From Octopus vulgaris (lineage: Eukaryota): a DNA stretch of 64,000 bases. Below, in pieces: positions 27,103 through 41,831 of this stretch. Position 1 is the first letter of the stretch; every line of letters begins with the position of its first letter. Under the pieces are notes generated by a model that did not search any database, was not told the DNA's origin, and saw nothing but the letters and a program-made list of their open reading frames with translations. The position numbers were made by a program, and so were the translations under genes. Location: the NCBI GenBank assembly GCA_951406725.2, contig OX597819.1:62806001-62870000 (forward strand). The letters are read 5' to 3'.

Positions 27103-30100
27103 CATCTCTCTCTCTCTCTCTCTCTGCATGAAGAAAAATTTTCCTAATTAAAGATTATAAGTTACATATAAAATCTCTTCCAAAATACAATGACAGAAAT
27201 CTTTTCGAACGAAGCTTTGATTTTTTAAAGATTATTTTAATATAATTAGCAATAATTAATTTAAGAATATCTTTTGTGATTGTATCAAGAATTCTTTTTG
27301 AAAATGGTCTGCAAACACGCTCGCGCGCGCGTGCACTCATAAATATGCACATGCACACACTATGCGCTACATTTTGCAAGTGTCTTCAGTTATAGCTCCG
27401 CGCCGACCAATGCCTTGTTAATGAATTTGGTTGACAGAAAATGAATAAAATACAGTCGAGCGCATATGTATATATGTATATATCATATAAGCAACAGACG
27501 CCGTATTAATACCAATTGGTAATCTTTGTATCCAACTCAACGTGGATGTTTGTTAAAACGTATAATACTGAATTATTTACCTTATGAGGACTTCTTATAT
27601 GGACACATGGTGTTTAAAAGCACACATGTTTATAACGTTGGCAGACGAGAATCATCTGCTACGAGTGTCGGAACAGTGAAATCACCTGATTTCCATGGAC
27701 TGCGCCTCCTCGGTGACAGTCGTCCACTAGCCGTAAACCGAGCAGATCACACCGCAGATAATGTAAAGAATTCCAATGATTTTTGAGGCATTGGTGTCGC
27801 AAATAGCCAGCAGGCTTATAAAATAATTTTTTTTAACGGAAGCAGTATTGATGTCAGAAGGCAATTTTTATGTCCGACTTAACTTGGACGATGTGTTAGA
27901 ACGCCAAAATGCTACGATATTCACCTTGAGAGGATCTATCAAATGGAGACATGGTGCGTAAAAGCACACATATTTATATCACTTGTAGCAGACGATACTC
28001 GTCTGCTGCAGGCGCCGTAATTGCCAGTTGTGTTTGTATGTTCGCGTATATTTTCCCTCTTTGTGATTGTTCTCTCCGCTGCTTCACAATGGTTTTGGTT
28101 TGTTTACATCCTCGCAGCGTAGTAGTTCGTCACACGAGCGAAAGAAATAAGCTTCCGATTTTGAAAGCAGTCACTGAGGTGAATCGTTTCGACTAAATTT
28201 TCCATGGCAATATCGCACCAGTGATGTAATGAGATGTACCACTTTCTACTACCAAGGTCTTAGCTTCTTCCTCTTATATTTCCTGACCCTCATTTTGTAA
28301 CTCCTAATATTGAAGCTGAAGTTATATCTTCCCAATCCATTTCACCGCAGCTGGTGGTGTTCTTAGAACAAGCCATTTTCAAACTTGTCATATTTCTTGC
28401 TGTATATGCTGTTTTCTTGTACTTCTTTTGCAGACTTCTTCAGGGCAACAGTCGCTCTACTGGTTTTCTTGCAACACATGAAGTATCTGACTTTTGTTTT
28501 TGCAGTTAAGACGGGACACAGGTCCAGAATGGTTTATGGATTTTAGTGTCTATTATGGACTCATATTTCAATAGTAACTCCAACTCACTATATGTTGACC
28601 TCGGCGCTTTACCGCTTACTCAAATTGCACCACACAATGGCTGCTTTGTAGGGGTAACATTGTCCCCAATGTCCTTTATCCTGTTTCGTTTTTCGGGCCT
28701 GTTCATAAAGTGTAATACGTGCTTATAGCTAGTTGATTATCTCATCACCTCGTTCTACTTTTCCATCTTGATATAACATTTTCTATAACTGTTCTGGTTA
28801 CGTAAACTCTGTCCTGGTCGATGGAGGAGATATTGTTCCTCACAGCAAACAGAGCTGCCTGTAATTGCCTTTCTGCAGGCATGCGAAAATTCCCGAGACT
28901 TTAGGGATTCAGGGATGTACTTTGGATTTTAATTAACATTCATTAATAACAGAATATATATAGATGCACCGTATTTTGCCACGCATATCTTCAGGGCAGA
29001 CTTTCTCTCAGAAAGCATCTTGCGCCCAGGTACGAGATACAATGCATGCAACTATAGAAGGGAATGATCTTGTTCATTGCTTTGCTTTGCGAAATGCATA
29101 TATGCTCTTGCCATTATCGTTTACCATTTCGTCAAAATTATTCAAATACCGTTGTTACTCTTAGTTGTAAAATCTTACTTTTATAAATCATATAGTTTGC
29201 GCAGAAAAATTAAATGAATTTTTTCTTTCTTATTTGCATACTGTTCATTACGGACAGTTTCATATCTAGAGTGGTGTTTTGGAATACTTAAACGTTTGTG
29301 AAACTTACGTGCAGGAGGAAAAAGTCTCCCCTTTCTTAGCGAATTAATGTAAAAAATAACAGAAACCATTTTATTTCAACATTTCTTTATGAAAAGATCC
29401 CATAAAAGTATTTTCCTGAACTGCCAAATACAAAGTTTCTGAGAGTGAAAACGAATACACCTAATCAATTACATCGACCCAAGTAATCGACTAATACTTT
29501 ATTGCATCGACCGCAAAGGAGTTTCCACACAGGACGTAAAGAACCGAACGGGCTGAGCTAAGCTTTGTGTTCGATGCGATAAAGATTGCAGCAACTCTGC
29601 TGTCTTTTACCTTCATTATTGAGTTTTATTTTCATGAAAAGCAGAGAAGGGAAAATGTATTGTCGATATCGGAAAATATGAAAATGCATAAATATATAAA
29701 TACGAAAATATAGAAAGCTATATTCTAACAATTTACAAATTTTGCTACTGCACAACATTAAAAACAAAGAAATATTTCTCTAAATAAATTTCAAATATTC
29801 ACATACCTTATACTGGTGGTCCGAGTCAAATACCTTACACAAAAATCTAAATGGTACATATTTAAGCGGGAGGATGAAAGAAAGCATCTACCGGGATGGG
29901 ATTTGAAACCAAACTCGTACTAGTAAGTACGAGACAACATACCGCAAGGCATTTCAGATGCCATACAGTTTCCAACCCCACGCCAACACCACTACACGTA
30001 CCGAAAAGTAACAACAAAAGGAATGCAGCAAATACAAAAGCAATATTTCGTTTATATGAAATGAAAAGAAAAATAAATGGTAAAGAAATAGGGAAAAGAA

Positions 30101-30540
30101 CTGATTGAAGAAGAAAGGAAAAGAACGGAAGAAAAGACAGTAAAAGTTTTATATATCTGTCATGGAAATTGTTCTGTCAGGAACAATAAAATGGAAACAA
30201 CGTTATATTCTTCACATCAACATTACTGTAAAAGACAAGTCTGAAGTTTACAGAAGATGTGCTGTTGTTACTAACCAAGGCTCGCTTTATTCTGAATATC
30301 CTTTGAAATGGGAACTCAAAAGATAGAAGGAAAGATAAACAGATTTCTTGATAAAACGATAGACAGATGCAGAGAGATAGATAATAAGAGTGGGGGAGAG
30401 AGAAAAGGAGGTAGAGAAACAGAGAGAGATAGAGAGAAGTATAGAAGCGAGTAAGAAAGATCGACAGAATTTGTCTTCATTCATTCGTACTTACATTCAA
30501 CTAGTAAATATAACTTCAAAGTATGCATACCACACACACA

Positions 30541-30575
<35 letters not shown>

Positions 30576-31372
30576 TAGGTAGGTATATACATATATGATG
30601 TACATATGTATCTACGTGTGTGTGTGTATGTACTTGTGCGTATGATATATACATATATATACATATTGTTATGTGTATATATGCATATATGCATTCATAT
30701 ATCCATACATTTGTTTATGTATAGATATTAATACGCATATATAAGCTAAGATATTGTTGTGTGTGTATATAAATATATATATGTATATGTACATATATAT
30801 ATATACATATATGTATTTATAGATACATTTATATATATAAATATATATACATACACATGCACACACATATGTAAATATTATATATATATGTACATATAGA
30901 TACATGCATACATACGTACATACGTGCATTACATAGATATGTGTATGTGGAAATTCATGAAGATTACAGATATGAAATATGATGTCCATGATGATGATGA
31001 TCGCCATCAGGAAGCTGGTGATGATATTACAGCTGCTACTACCACTGATGTTGCTGCTGCTGATGATATCTGTAATGTTGATGTCGGAGTAGTTGATTAT
31101 TATGATAATAATGCGAAGAAACGTCGATTGCAAACGATATTACCAGAAGGCTTAAAATTCTTTTGTGGAGCGACCACCTCTTTGACCTTTAAAACTTCTT
31201 TTGTCCATGGCTTTCTTTACTAACAACCACAATAACATGATTTTTAACGTTATTATTATTATTATTATTATTATTGTAGTTATTATTATTGTTAATATTA
31301 CTATTATTATTATCACTATTATTATAAGTATTATTATAGATATTATTATTATGCATAATAATAATAATAATC

Positions 31373-31429
<57 letters not shown>

Positions 31430-31509
31430 AATGTTGCAATAGTATTAGTTCTAATGTATCAAACTTTAGCAAAACACATTGTATTTATTATTGTCACATT
31501 TCTAGGGAA

Positions 31510-31633
<124 letters not shown>

Positions 31634-32129
31634 TAAATAATCAAACTACAAAATATAATATATTTGGAGTAAGGAGACATCTTTTTGAAGCAAGCTTTAT
31701 TCAAGTATCACCAAATGGAAATTTCTTTGAAAAATCGTGTATAAAGATACTTGATTTTCTAAGGTGGGGGCTATTCTTGATACCCGGAGGTAAACAACAG
31801 ACAAAAGCAATTTGTTTCACAAACTTCACAAGATTTATGTAAACATATTACTTTTTCACATCCGAAATGCATAGCGCACAACACTACTCAACACGACATA
31901 GCAAAGCAGTAACTAAAACGCTGAAACTCGAAGCGAAATTCATAATGAGAAGAGGAAACATGAATAGCACTGTTAACAAATAGTTCGAGAAAATGTTCCA
32001 AATATTCAAACAAGTTATTCACATCATCTGCAACAATAACGAAGCGTTCAACTTACTAACACTAGTTACCTGAGCACCACTAATCAAAACTCTGGGCATA
32101 ACAATAGAGATATTATTAGGTCAGGTGTT

Positions 32130-32345
32130 AAGGCGGCGAGGTGGCTGGATCGTTAGCACGCCGAGTAAGATGCTTAGCAGAATTTCGTTTCTCTTTAGGT
32201 TCTGACTTCAAATTCCGTCGAAGTCGACTTTACCTTTCATCCTCTCAAGGGTCGATGATATAAGTACGAGTTGCAAACTGGTGTCAATATAATCGATTAG
32301 CCCCTCGCCAAAACTTTCACGCGCTGTGCCTTTAATAGAAACGAA
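32130..32345 (+). mobile_element. SINE family C
   Basis: GGCGGCGAGGTGGCTGGATCGTTAGCACG head; matches 182-410. Confidence 0.75.
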
Positions 32346-32834
32346 TATTAGCTGTGGGGTTACAAATAGATGAGCACACACTGCTTTTACTTACATTACA
32401 GACTTTATAAACAAACTTCTACTGTGCGATGAAGAATAATTCATTACAGATAAAACTTGAAGGGAAAAGAGAAGAAAGAAATCACAGAGAAAGAAAGATT
32501 CAACCTAAACGAAAATACATAAAGAGAAACTAGTTCAAAAATTCAGGAAGAAAATGAACTAAAACCATATGAGTTAAGATTCAAAGAAGCATTTAATAGA
32601 CAAAATAACGCATCTACGGTACTATGAGCTTTTTGAAGAAGTTATAATGACATAAAACAAAAACCCAGTTAGGATCAGAATATAAACAACCCGCATAAGA
32701 TAGACTACAAATAAAATTGAATTAAGACATTATATTGATCTTAAAGAAGACTATTCTCAGAATGTTAGTGCTTTTCACAATGAAATGTTAAAATATGCCT
32801 ACTGGTACATTTGAGTGCACACAAACACATATTT

Positions 32835-33177
32835 TACTTGTTTCAGTCATTGGACTGAGGTAACGCAGAGGCATTGCCCCGAACGGTTTAGTCGAACAAA
32901 TCGGTCCCATTACTTATTCTGCTGAGCCGCTAAGTTTCAGGTGACACAAAACAAAACCAACAACAATAATCAAGCGCTGGTGGGATATAAATATAGACGC
33001 ACGCATAGGTATACATGCACACGACATGCTTCTTCCAGTTTCTGTATAACAAATCCACTCCCAAGACTTAGATCAACTCAGGGCTGTAGGAGAAGACATT
33101 TACCCCAGGTAACATTCAGTGAGATTGAATTCCGAAAGACGTGGTTGAGAGGCAAACTTCTTATCACACAGCCACTC
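32835..33177 (-). mobile_element. SINE family A, degenerate
   Basis: Reverse-complement similarity to 4284-4665. Confidence 0.65.
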
Positions 33178-33178
33178 T

Positions 33179-33253
<75 letters not shown>

Positions 33254-33322
33254 GCATAATTACATACATACATACATATACATACATACATACATGCATA
33301 TATACATACATACATATATATA

Positions 33323-33600
33323 TAGGGAAAATTCCCAAAATATTCAAGAGACGAAGACAGGTGGTGTAGACAACAAACAGATCTATTAGTATAACGCTCG
33401 GGGAGTGAAAAAATCTTTAACGTTTCGAGCCTACGCTCTTCCACAGAAAGAAACACAGAAAGAAACAAGGAGAGAAAATAAAGAATGTGTATTGGCTAGC
33501 GATCTACCATGGCAAAGGCCGGACAGAAGGGTCACGCAGGAGAGCTAGGGAGAAGGGGAGATAACAAAGTGATGGTGATCCGAAAACCCACGCACCACTG
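33323..33600 (-). repeat. PLE-tail-like repeat carrying an HHR-like motif at 33414-33451
   Basis: Homologous to 53630-53882; minus strand reads TCTTT-CTGTGGA-A-GAGC(GTAG)GCTC-GAAA-CG-TT-AAAGA. Confidence 0.7.
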
Positions 33601-33650
33601 TATATAACCATGTATTATTATTATTATTAATATTATTATTATTATTATTA

Positions 33651-33921
33651 CTCAATAGATGAGACTATTAAAGAAGAAAAGAATCCTAACTCTGTGCTGC
33701 AACAAGTTGCCTTAGATTCCAAGAACCCTCCTAAGTATCCTAGCTGTCCCTAATAACACTGTTTTCTGCAGCTGCACTAAACTGGCTTTTATGCCTATTT
33801 CCACTATACACCTGTTCAGATTTTTAAGGATAGTTCCCAATGCATCTATAATTACTGGGATACATTTTACCCACACTTTCTATAGTGTCTGTAATTCAAT
33901 AGCTAGTTCCTGGTACTTTGC
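33651..33921 (-). mobile_element. 3' end of an R4/Dong-clade non-LTR retrotransposon inside a (TAA)n tract
   Basis: Minus strand: AKYQELAIELQTL*KV..CIPVIIDALG...LQKTVLLGTARILRRVLGI*; (ATT)n on both sides. Confidence 0.8.
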
Positions 33922-33929
33922 TATTATCA

Positions 33930-34015
<86 letters not shown>

Positions 34016-34132
34016 GTTGTTGTTGTTGTTGTTATTATTATTGTTATTATTATTATTATTATTATTATTGTTATTATTGTTATTGTTGTTGTTGTTGTTG
34101 TTCTTGTTGTTGCTGTTGTTGTTACTCCTGTA

Positions 34133-34176
<44 letters not shown>

Positions 34177-34977
34177 GATTGTTACTTCCAGCATTGTTAT
34201 TGTAGGTATTATTTTGCTTATATACTCTTGTATGGTAGTTTCTGTTTGAAAGAATTTCAAAATGTCAGATAGTTAAAACCAATTCGGTTCTAAAGTTCTG
34301 TGATTGTTTCAACTTAACATCACCTGACATTTGACAGTTTCTTCTTTGGCTCAATGATTGGGGAAAGTAAGAGTACTTGAGCTCACTTCAAGTTTAATTT
34401 GATTTCTTTTCTACGTCTTTTAGCTAGATTTGCTTACACGATAAAACCTTACAAATTTTCACATATACATTGTATTAAAAAGTAGAAAGCTACAATGAAT
34501 AAAACACAATGCGATGTCGTTTACATTTGGATGCAAACTCTGCCAAGATTTTGATTTTCATTGTAGCTAGGCCGATAAGGTTAACAAAAGACGTAGAACG
34601 AGGAATTCTCAAAATCGTCGCTCGACTTGTTACACATAGGAGGCAATTCACTTTCAAGTCACACCATTTTCTTTTAAGTAAAGAAAAGTAAAATGCATTA
34701 GATGTAGTAATAAAGATTTCAAATTTTGCCACAAGGGCAGCAGTTTTGAGGGAAAGGATAAGTCGATTACATCGATCTCAGTGTTCATCTGATACTTATT
34801 TTATCGATCCCGAGAGGATGTAAAGCAAAGTCGTCTTCCACGGAATTTGAACTCAAAAACGCAAGGACGGATGAAATGCTGCTAAACTTTTAGCTCGAAG
34901 TGAATACGAACTGCGTAAGGACAGTATAAATTATTATAAACTAAAATCTGCTGAATGAGGGCAATCTTAGAGTTAAA

Positions 34978-35184
34978 TTGGGTTGGTACATAATTATTTC
35001 GGCTTTTTCTTTATAAAATTTATTCAACAAAAACGTTTTAACAGAACGCCGATTTAAACAGAACGCCAAGCAGAAATTGAAGTAGATGGTGAATATGCTC
35101 CGGAATAATAATTTAAAGATGTTGTTACTGTTTTTGCTGAATAAAATTTATTGAAAAAGCCGCAATAATTATGCACCAACCTAA
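34978..35184. mobile_element. Mariner-derived MITE (MADE1-like TIRs)
   Basis: TTGGGTTGGTACATAATTATTTCGGCTTTTT ... AAAAAGCCGCAATAATTATGCACCAACCTAA followed by TA. Confidence 0.8.
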
Positions 35185-35593
35185 TACAGGCGGAGAAGCA
35201 ACGAATATGTACTAATAATATATTGGTTTCCGCTCGAGTCGCTATGGGTTGGTCAATAAATTTGTCTTGATCCAATTAAAGATATCGCGGTTGGCATATA
35301 AATATCGTCATGAATACCATCCATCACATTTCTCCGCCTCCTTTTCTGCTTCGTTCTTTTTCTTTATTATTTTTGCATATTTTCAGTATTTCCACAGTGT
35401 TGTTTGGTACGCTATCCAATGTCCTTCTGCTTTTATGAGGCCCTCAGCCATCGTCTTTTGTCCCCATTCAAATTTGCTTTTGTGAAGGCTTTCTTTTTGC
35501 TGTCATTTTTTTCATGGTCTTCTTTCGTCTGAAAATACTGAGACTCACATTAAATTGAAAATTCTCGTGGTTGAATGCTTGTATTAACCCCTG

Positions 35594-35822
35594 CAGCAAT
35601 GACTTGACATATCGTAGTTCACTTATCGTGGTTCACCTATCGCGGTTTATCATTTAAGTTTACGTCGATTCCAACGTGGTGTTGTTTTGCATTTATAATA
35701 AAACAAATATATACAATTTATAAAAGTAATAAAAAAAATACTGTACAGTATAGTTTGTACTTCACGGATTTTCACCGATCGGGGTTTGGAACATAACACC
35801 TGCGATAGTCGAGGGATTACAG
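35594..35822 (-). mobile_element. pogo/Tigger-like MITE
   Basis: Reverse-complement homolog of 49162-49388; ends in GAGGGATTACAG followed by TA. Confidence 0.65.
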
Positions 35823-38379
35823 TACAACTCTTGTGGAGAATTACTCGTAAACTTGCGATATATGTTTTGGAGTGTATTTTTATATTTATTTCGTTTTTTT
35901 ATTGTAGCAACTGCATAACTTACTCCTGATACTGATCTTACGTCCATAAAACCCAAATTGATTAATTAGAATTCGATGTTCATAGATTTCGATCATTTTT
36001 TACTGCTTTCACGGGATACTTGTAATGAGACAGAACAAGCTGTCTACTATTGTGCATAGCTTTTCTTTCCATTCTTAAAATACGACACAAAAGCGGTTTC
36101 TTATAATGTCTTCACCCATCTCTATAGATATCTCCAACAGTGCTATTGTCATGTCATTTATATTTATGGAATCTGCTGTTAAAGCGTGGAAGTATTTGCA
36201 GATTGCTTAATGTATGTACATGCATAAAGTGTTTTCGACGTGTAACTCGTCATACATACATACATACATACATACATACATACATTTTTGTTTTCGTATA
36301 TGGGGTGCTATGTGTTTTATCATGATGCATTTGACTTATCAGTTAATATTTTCTTCCTTCTAAGTAGTTCTCTGGAAATTAATAAACAAGGGAGATAATA
36401 TCAACATTATTTCTTGGTGTAATTGAGTCGCAATGCGGCAGAATTGTCAAGTCGTTTGCTTCGCAACTTCTGGATTCGCTTACATATAATTCCATATAAT
36501 TATGGTCTGCGTGTGTGTTTATGCATCTCTCTTGGTATGATTGAAAGAAATAAAAGAACAAATAGAAACTGACTAAATATTGTATGTAGAATGTGCCCCG
36601 AGGTTATTTTTTGCTCAAACAATGTCTCTATATTTTTCAGTCATAACCTTGAGAAACAAGCAAGGTCGGCCCGAGGCTGTAGTAGAAGACACTTGCCCAA
36701 GGTGCCACGCAATGGGACTGAACCCGGACCCATGTGGCTGGGAAGCAAGCTGGTTACCTGCTCCTTAAATATACCGCTTTCTTTCTCTATGAATTAGAGT
36801 CTCATTTACTGCTGTATCTTTGCATGATATTTTGTGAATTTATTTTTAGCTTAGATTCTGATATTTCAATATTAGAATAATTTCTGTTATTGTAACTCTA
36901 GCATCTGAACAGCTGTCTGTTACCTGGGTTCCTGTCTTTTATCTGTTGGCCTTTGTGAAATCGAAAACACTTTAGCATCGAATTTTGAAATATGTCATTT
37001 CCGCGTGCTTTTCAAATATCCTTGTTTTGTAATATCTGGTCTGTTATTCGTCTTCCGATTGTTCCGTTGTAGCAGTTGACCTTTTTAACATTTTGCCCGT
37101 GGTGATCCATTTTATAAGCCTCTGTAGAATTATTTAAAAAAACGTTATTCATAAAACAGTTTAGATTGTGAAAGAAATGTTTATTTTATGGAAAAATTGA
37201 TGTGTATTCCAAAGTAGCACGTTCTTCGCGATGAAGCGAAGATCTATACCAGACAGTGTCCTCGCAAAATTGCTTTGCTATAGGCATTATGTGTATTCCA
37301 TTTCTTGAATTGGTGATTATCTCTCAGATTGCACCACCTCAGACTGTGATGATGGAGCTCTCACTAACTCACAGTTGATCAATTTGGTGTGTCCACGTGT
37401 TCGCGTTTGCTTCCCTTTTCATTCTCATATACTTTAAAAGGCCTAGTTGTTTAATTTTTTTTTTGCTTCTCAGAGCTTCCACCCCTTTACATGTATACGA
37501 TAAAATCTCCCATCCCTTCCTGAACTTCTGCACTCAAGTCTTGTTAACATGCAGCCTTGTTACTTCACACCAAATCAGCACAGTATTCAGAAATAAAGAC
37601 CTAGTAAAGTGCCATCAATGGTTTTATACGAAAAACACAGCGTTTAACTACACAATGACCAAGCCACCGTACACAACGAAGAAATATTATTTACCACATT
37701 AAACTTGATAGCATGCAAGGCATCATACTAGGCAAATACTAAGCTTGGCCATACATAAGGAACTCTCGTGGGCAATGCACATCCTCGACTTGTTCTAAAC
37801 TGCATCACGAAGTCTAGCCGCATTCTTCAGAGCCGGATATTGTACTAACAACCAACAACATTTACGGCTCAACAAAGCACAAGAGAGCCCCACCAAGGAG
37901 TATTTCTTACACGCTTTATGCTAAGTATATTGACATTTGTGGATGAAATCAAAGACAGTAAGGATTCATTGGAGGGGTTACACTGTTTCCATAACGTATG
38001 ACCGGGACCAGAACATTAATCCTTAACAGATCACCGATCCGTTGCAGAGTTATTCATTTTACTGCTGAGGAGACAGGAGCAACGTGGAATTAAATGTTTT
38101 TGCTCAAGATCACAACACAGCGTTTGGTCCGGGAACCGAATGCGTGGTCTTGTGATCGTGAGTGCAAACTCTTAAGCATTGGGCTACATACTTTCACTAC
38201 AGTCAGATCAATCCGACTGAAATTTGGAAAGATGCATGCGTACATGTATGTATGTATGTATGTATGTATGTATGTATGTATGTATGTATGTATGTATGAT
38301 ATGTGTGTATGATATGTGTGTATAGTGTGGTGATGGTAGTAGTGGTGTGTAAGTGTGTGTGAGTGCGTGTGCGTGTGTA

Positions 38380-38670
38380 GGCGCGTGGCCTCGTACTCAG
38401 GACTGTTGCACTCACGATCATTAGATCATGATTTCAATCCTCGGACAGTGCGCTCGTTGTGGATTCGATGAAAACCTTTAATTTCATGTGGCTCCAGTTT
38501 ACTCAGACGCAAATGGGAAATCTTGCGTCAGAGTAGCATTCCGGTCAGAGGGAATGTTGGTCTGCACCACTGGTGGGGTGGTATCACTCGGGAGCTAAAA
38601 CGATGCAAAGCGTATTTTGACCAGCGATGTATAACAGCATCCGAGAGTCTGGTCAATCACTTGATCACGT
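38380..38670 (+). mobile_element. Degenerate tRNA-headed SINE (family B-like head)
   Basis: GGCGCGTGGCCTCGTACTCAGG...CACGATC...TTCAATCC head. Confidence 0.55.
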
Positions 38671-38689
38671 AGTATTTATATATATATAT

Positions 38690-38738
<49 letters not shown>

Positions 38739-39303
38739 AAAATGATGAAAAACGCAAGTTTTTTCTTTTTCTAACAGGATTTAAGAGTATATTCGAGCCA
38801 TGATAATAAATATAAAATTATTTACAAAATAAGCTTTTGTTCTTTCAACATTATTAAATTAAGGCCCGGTTTCGCATTCCTCATCAAACTGAGAGTTGAA
38901 AGAGACAAATTACTTGGGAAAAAGTATAGCTAGGGGAGATAATTGTTCACTCATTTATTTTGCAGTAAAGGGGAAGTAAATCTGTAATTAAAATTTTTTT
39001 TGTGTGTGTTGTCTACTATATTCTGGCTTACATGTTCCATTATATGAGGTAAGTCCTTTATTATATGGGTGCCTATTTCATTCTGATTTATATTTTTAGA
39101 TAAATGAGGCTTCTTTATTCAGTCTTACTTGTGTTGAAGTCTAGGAGGGAAATTGATAAAATGGGAAAATTTGGATTTGCGGTCGTAATCGTTCTGCGCA
39201 TTCGTTAATTTGTTGACTGAGGTATATTTGCCCATATTGTGGTGAGGACTGAACCCGGAACCCGGAATTATGTCGTTTGGTAAGCGAGCTACTTATCATC
39301 TAA

Positions 39304-39355
<52 letters not shown>

Positions 39356-39387
39356 TATATATGTATGTATGTATGTATCTATGTATG

Positions 39388-39460
<73 letters not shown>

Positions 39461-41831
39461 ATATATATATATATTTATATGTGTATGAGAGACGGGTTTC
39501 CGAACAGTTTCTATGTAGCATACGAAACTATTATATAAAACATTCGTTTGGAGTGCTACGCAGAAATGAAACCTGGTTTCACGAGCTTTAGAAATAAATT
39601 GTCTTGGCCTATATTTAAAAATATATTTAATAGTTCATAAAATTCTATTTAATCTTATTAACGACAACTCAACTCAGACATTTAGACATTTAATCTTCCA
39701 TTGATTTTAATCTGTTAGCTCTTTCCACCTTCAGATTATTGCCGTTTTCAAAATATCCATATTTTAAATTTTCTATTTTCTAAATCTTTCTTCTGTTTAT
39801 TTCTATGTATATTTTCGTTGTTTTATTTTCTGATGCTTGTATTCTGCTAGTTCGCTAGAACTTGATTTCGATTTGTTTCTTTATTTTTAGATATTTTCTT
39901 GTTTTGCATATGCTAGTTCTATCTTCATGGTTTACATTCTCAATATTTATTATTCTGAATTAGTTATTCGTGTTGCGGAAATATTTTTAGCTTATCATTT
40001 GAATTTTTATTACATGTTTTATTTCACTTTATTTATTTATTTTTCATCCTATTTCTATGTCATGTTTTAGCTTTATATTTCTATCTTTTCAAATTAGCTG
40101 TTTCCTTTTTCTTTCCGTGGGGGATAGAAAATTCTTTAGTTCTTTCTAGCTGTAAAATATGCATGCAGTTTGGAAACGAATGCTCTGGCTTCCATTTATG
40201 CATCTTTATTTTATTTGAAGGGTTTTAAGAGTAAATATGCACCCCTTTATTTAGAAACCATAATTTTGATCGGGTAGTGAATTATTCTGTTTCTGGCGAT
40301 GCAGAAATTTTGCATGATTCATTTTTCTTATATGCTATACATTAAATTCAAAATATTCATATTCTTTTAAATGGATACAACCTTTGTTTATATAGTTTTT
40401 CATAAATTTTGGCTTTATTCATCTCTTTTTCCGGGTTTATATATGGCGGTAAGCAGGCGAATAGTGCAAACACTTGTACGTCGTAATTTATGTTTATGAA
40501 TTAAATACACAAAAAATAAAGTGTCATATCAATTACACACGGGTATTCTGAATTTAAGGCTATTACGATTTTTTTCGTTGATATTTTGTACTTCTTAATG
40601 GGAAAATTTCAGAACTGTTAGGAATCTATACTTGTCTCTATTTATTCTGCTTCTACGTCGACATTCAGAGATTAAATAAAATTCATAAATTTTTTCAACC
40701 TAATCATTTTCAATGCATTTATATAGTTTCTATGACATCTTTATCTCCCTGTATTTATTACCGTTATTCTGACGTTTCCATGGTGATTATAATGGAGAAT
40801 AGCTACAGAACGATTAATGATGCCATGATTTTAACATAAGCGACGATAGCAATAGCATAAGAAGCATAAAAGCATCGCTAGCACAAATAACATCACTACT
40901 ATAGCTTAAGGACACAATGAAACAGGGAACCAGACGGCACAACATCAGAAACAATAATCAATGGTAAATATCAGGTATACTTCGACAATGTCCAATTTGT
41001 CCAATTCTATGGCTAAAGTAAAAGACTAGAATCATACAAAAACGTTTGTATACAAAGCGGGTATAAGCTTGCAATGCACATACGCTCTCGACATCACATA
41101 CACAATGTGTCTCGATCTATGAACTATGCTGAAACTTCCGAACGAGCAGAATTCATCGTCATCACAGCGCATAATATATTGGTTATTTTCCTTTAGAATT
41201 TGTATTAACTCTACCTGTCTTTTCGCATAGCTTATATTTAGAATTAATACAGATCAAATAGAATTTCCTTCGTGGCTTAGATAATTAACTGCACGATTAC
41301 GTGGTTGCACATAGTTCTTGTGTGCATTCAAACTGGTCAGTAATAGTTCAAATTGGGTAGGATTTTTGCCATAAACACTTTCAAGTTGACAGATGGAATT
41401 GAAACACAAGGTATCATATTGCAATTATAGCACGATCTGATAATTACAATTGTTAAGTAGGTGTGTTGAAATACCTATCTTGCCCCTTGCATTGGTCAAA
41501 TATTATTAGTTTTGCTACTACCAATCTCATTTAAAATTATCTCTATTTTAAGCAGCTTGGTATAACTTTGATAAGGATAGGATGGTGTTAAATTACTCTA
41601 TTTCTATAGAATCTTAGTTGAACAAATATGGGATCAAATAAAATGCATCATTGCTGCATCGCAGAATTTTGGAAAATCCAAGTCTATCGGAAACGTGAGT
41701 AATCTGATTAAAAATTCATAATTCTTCATTCTTTTACACACACATACATGTACATACATTTATACATATTTATCTATCTATCTATATACATACATACATT
41801 CATACATACATACATACATATATATATATTA

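Noticed and set aside
38860-38890. Minus-strand TTGATGA..GAAACCGG motif
   Set aside because: Lacks U16.1 and a stem I
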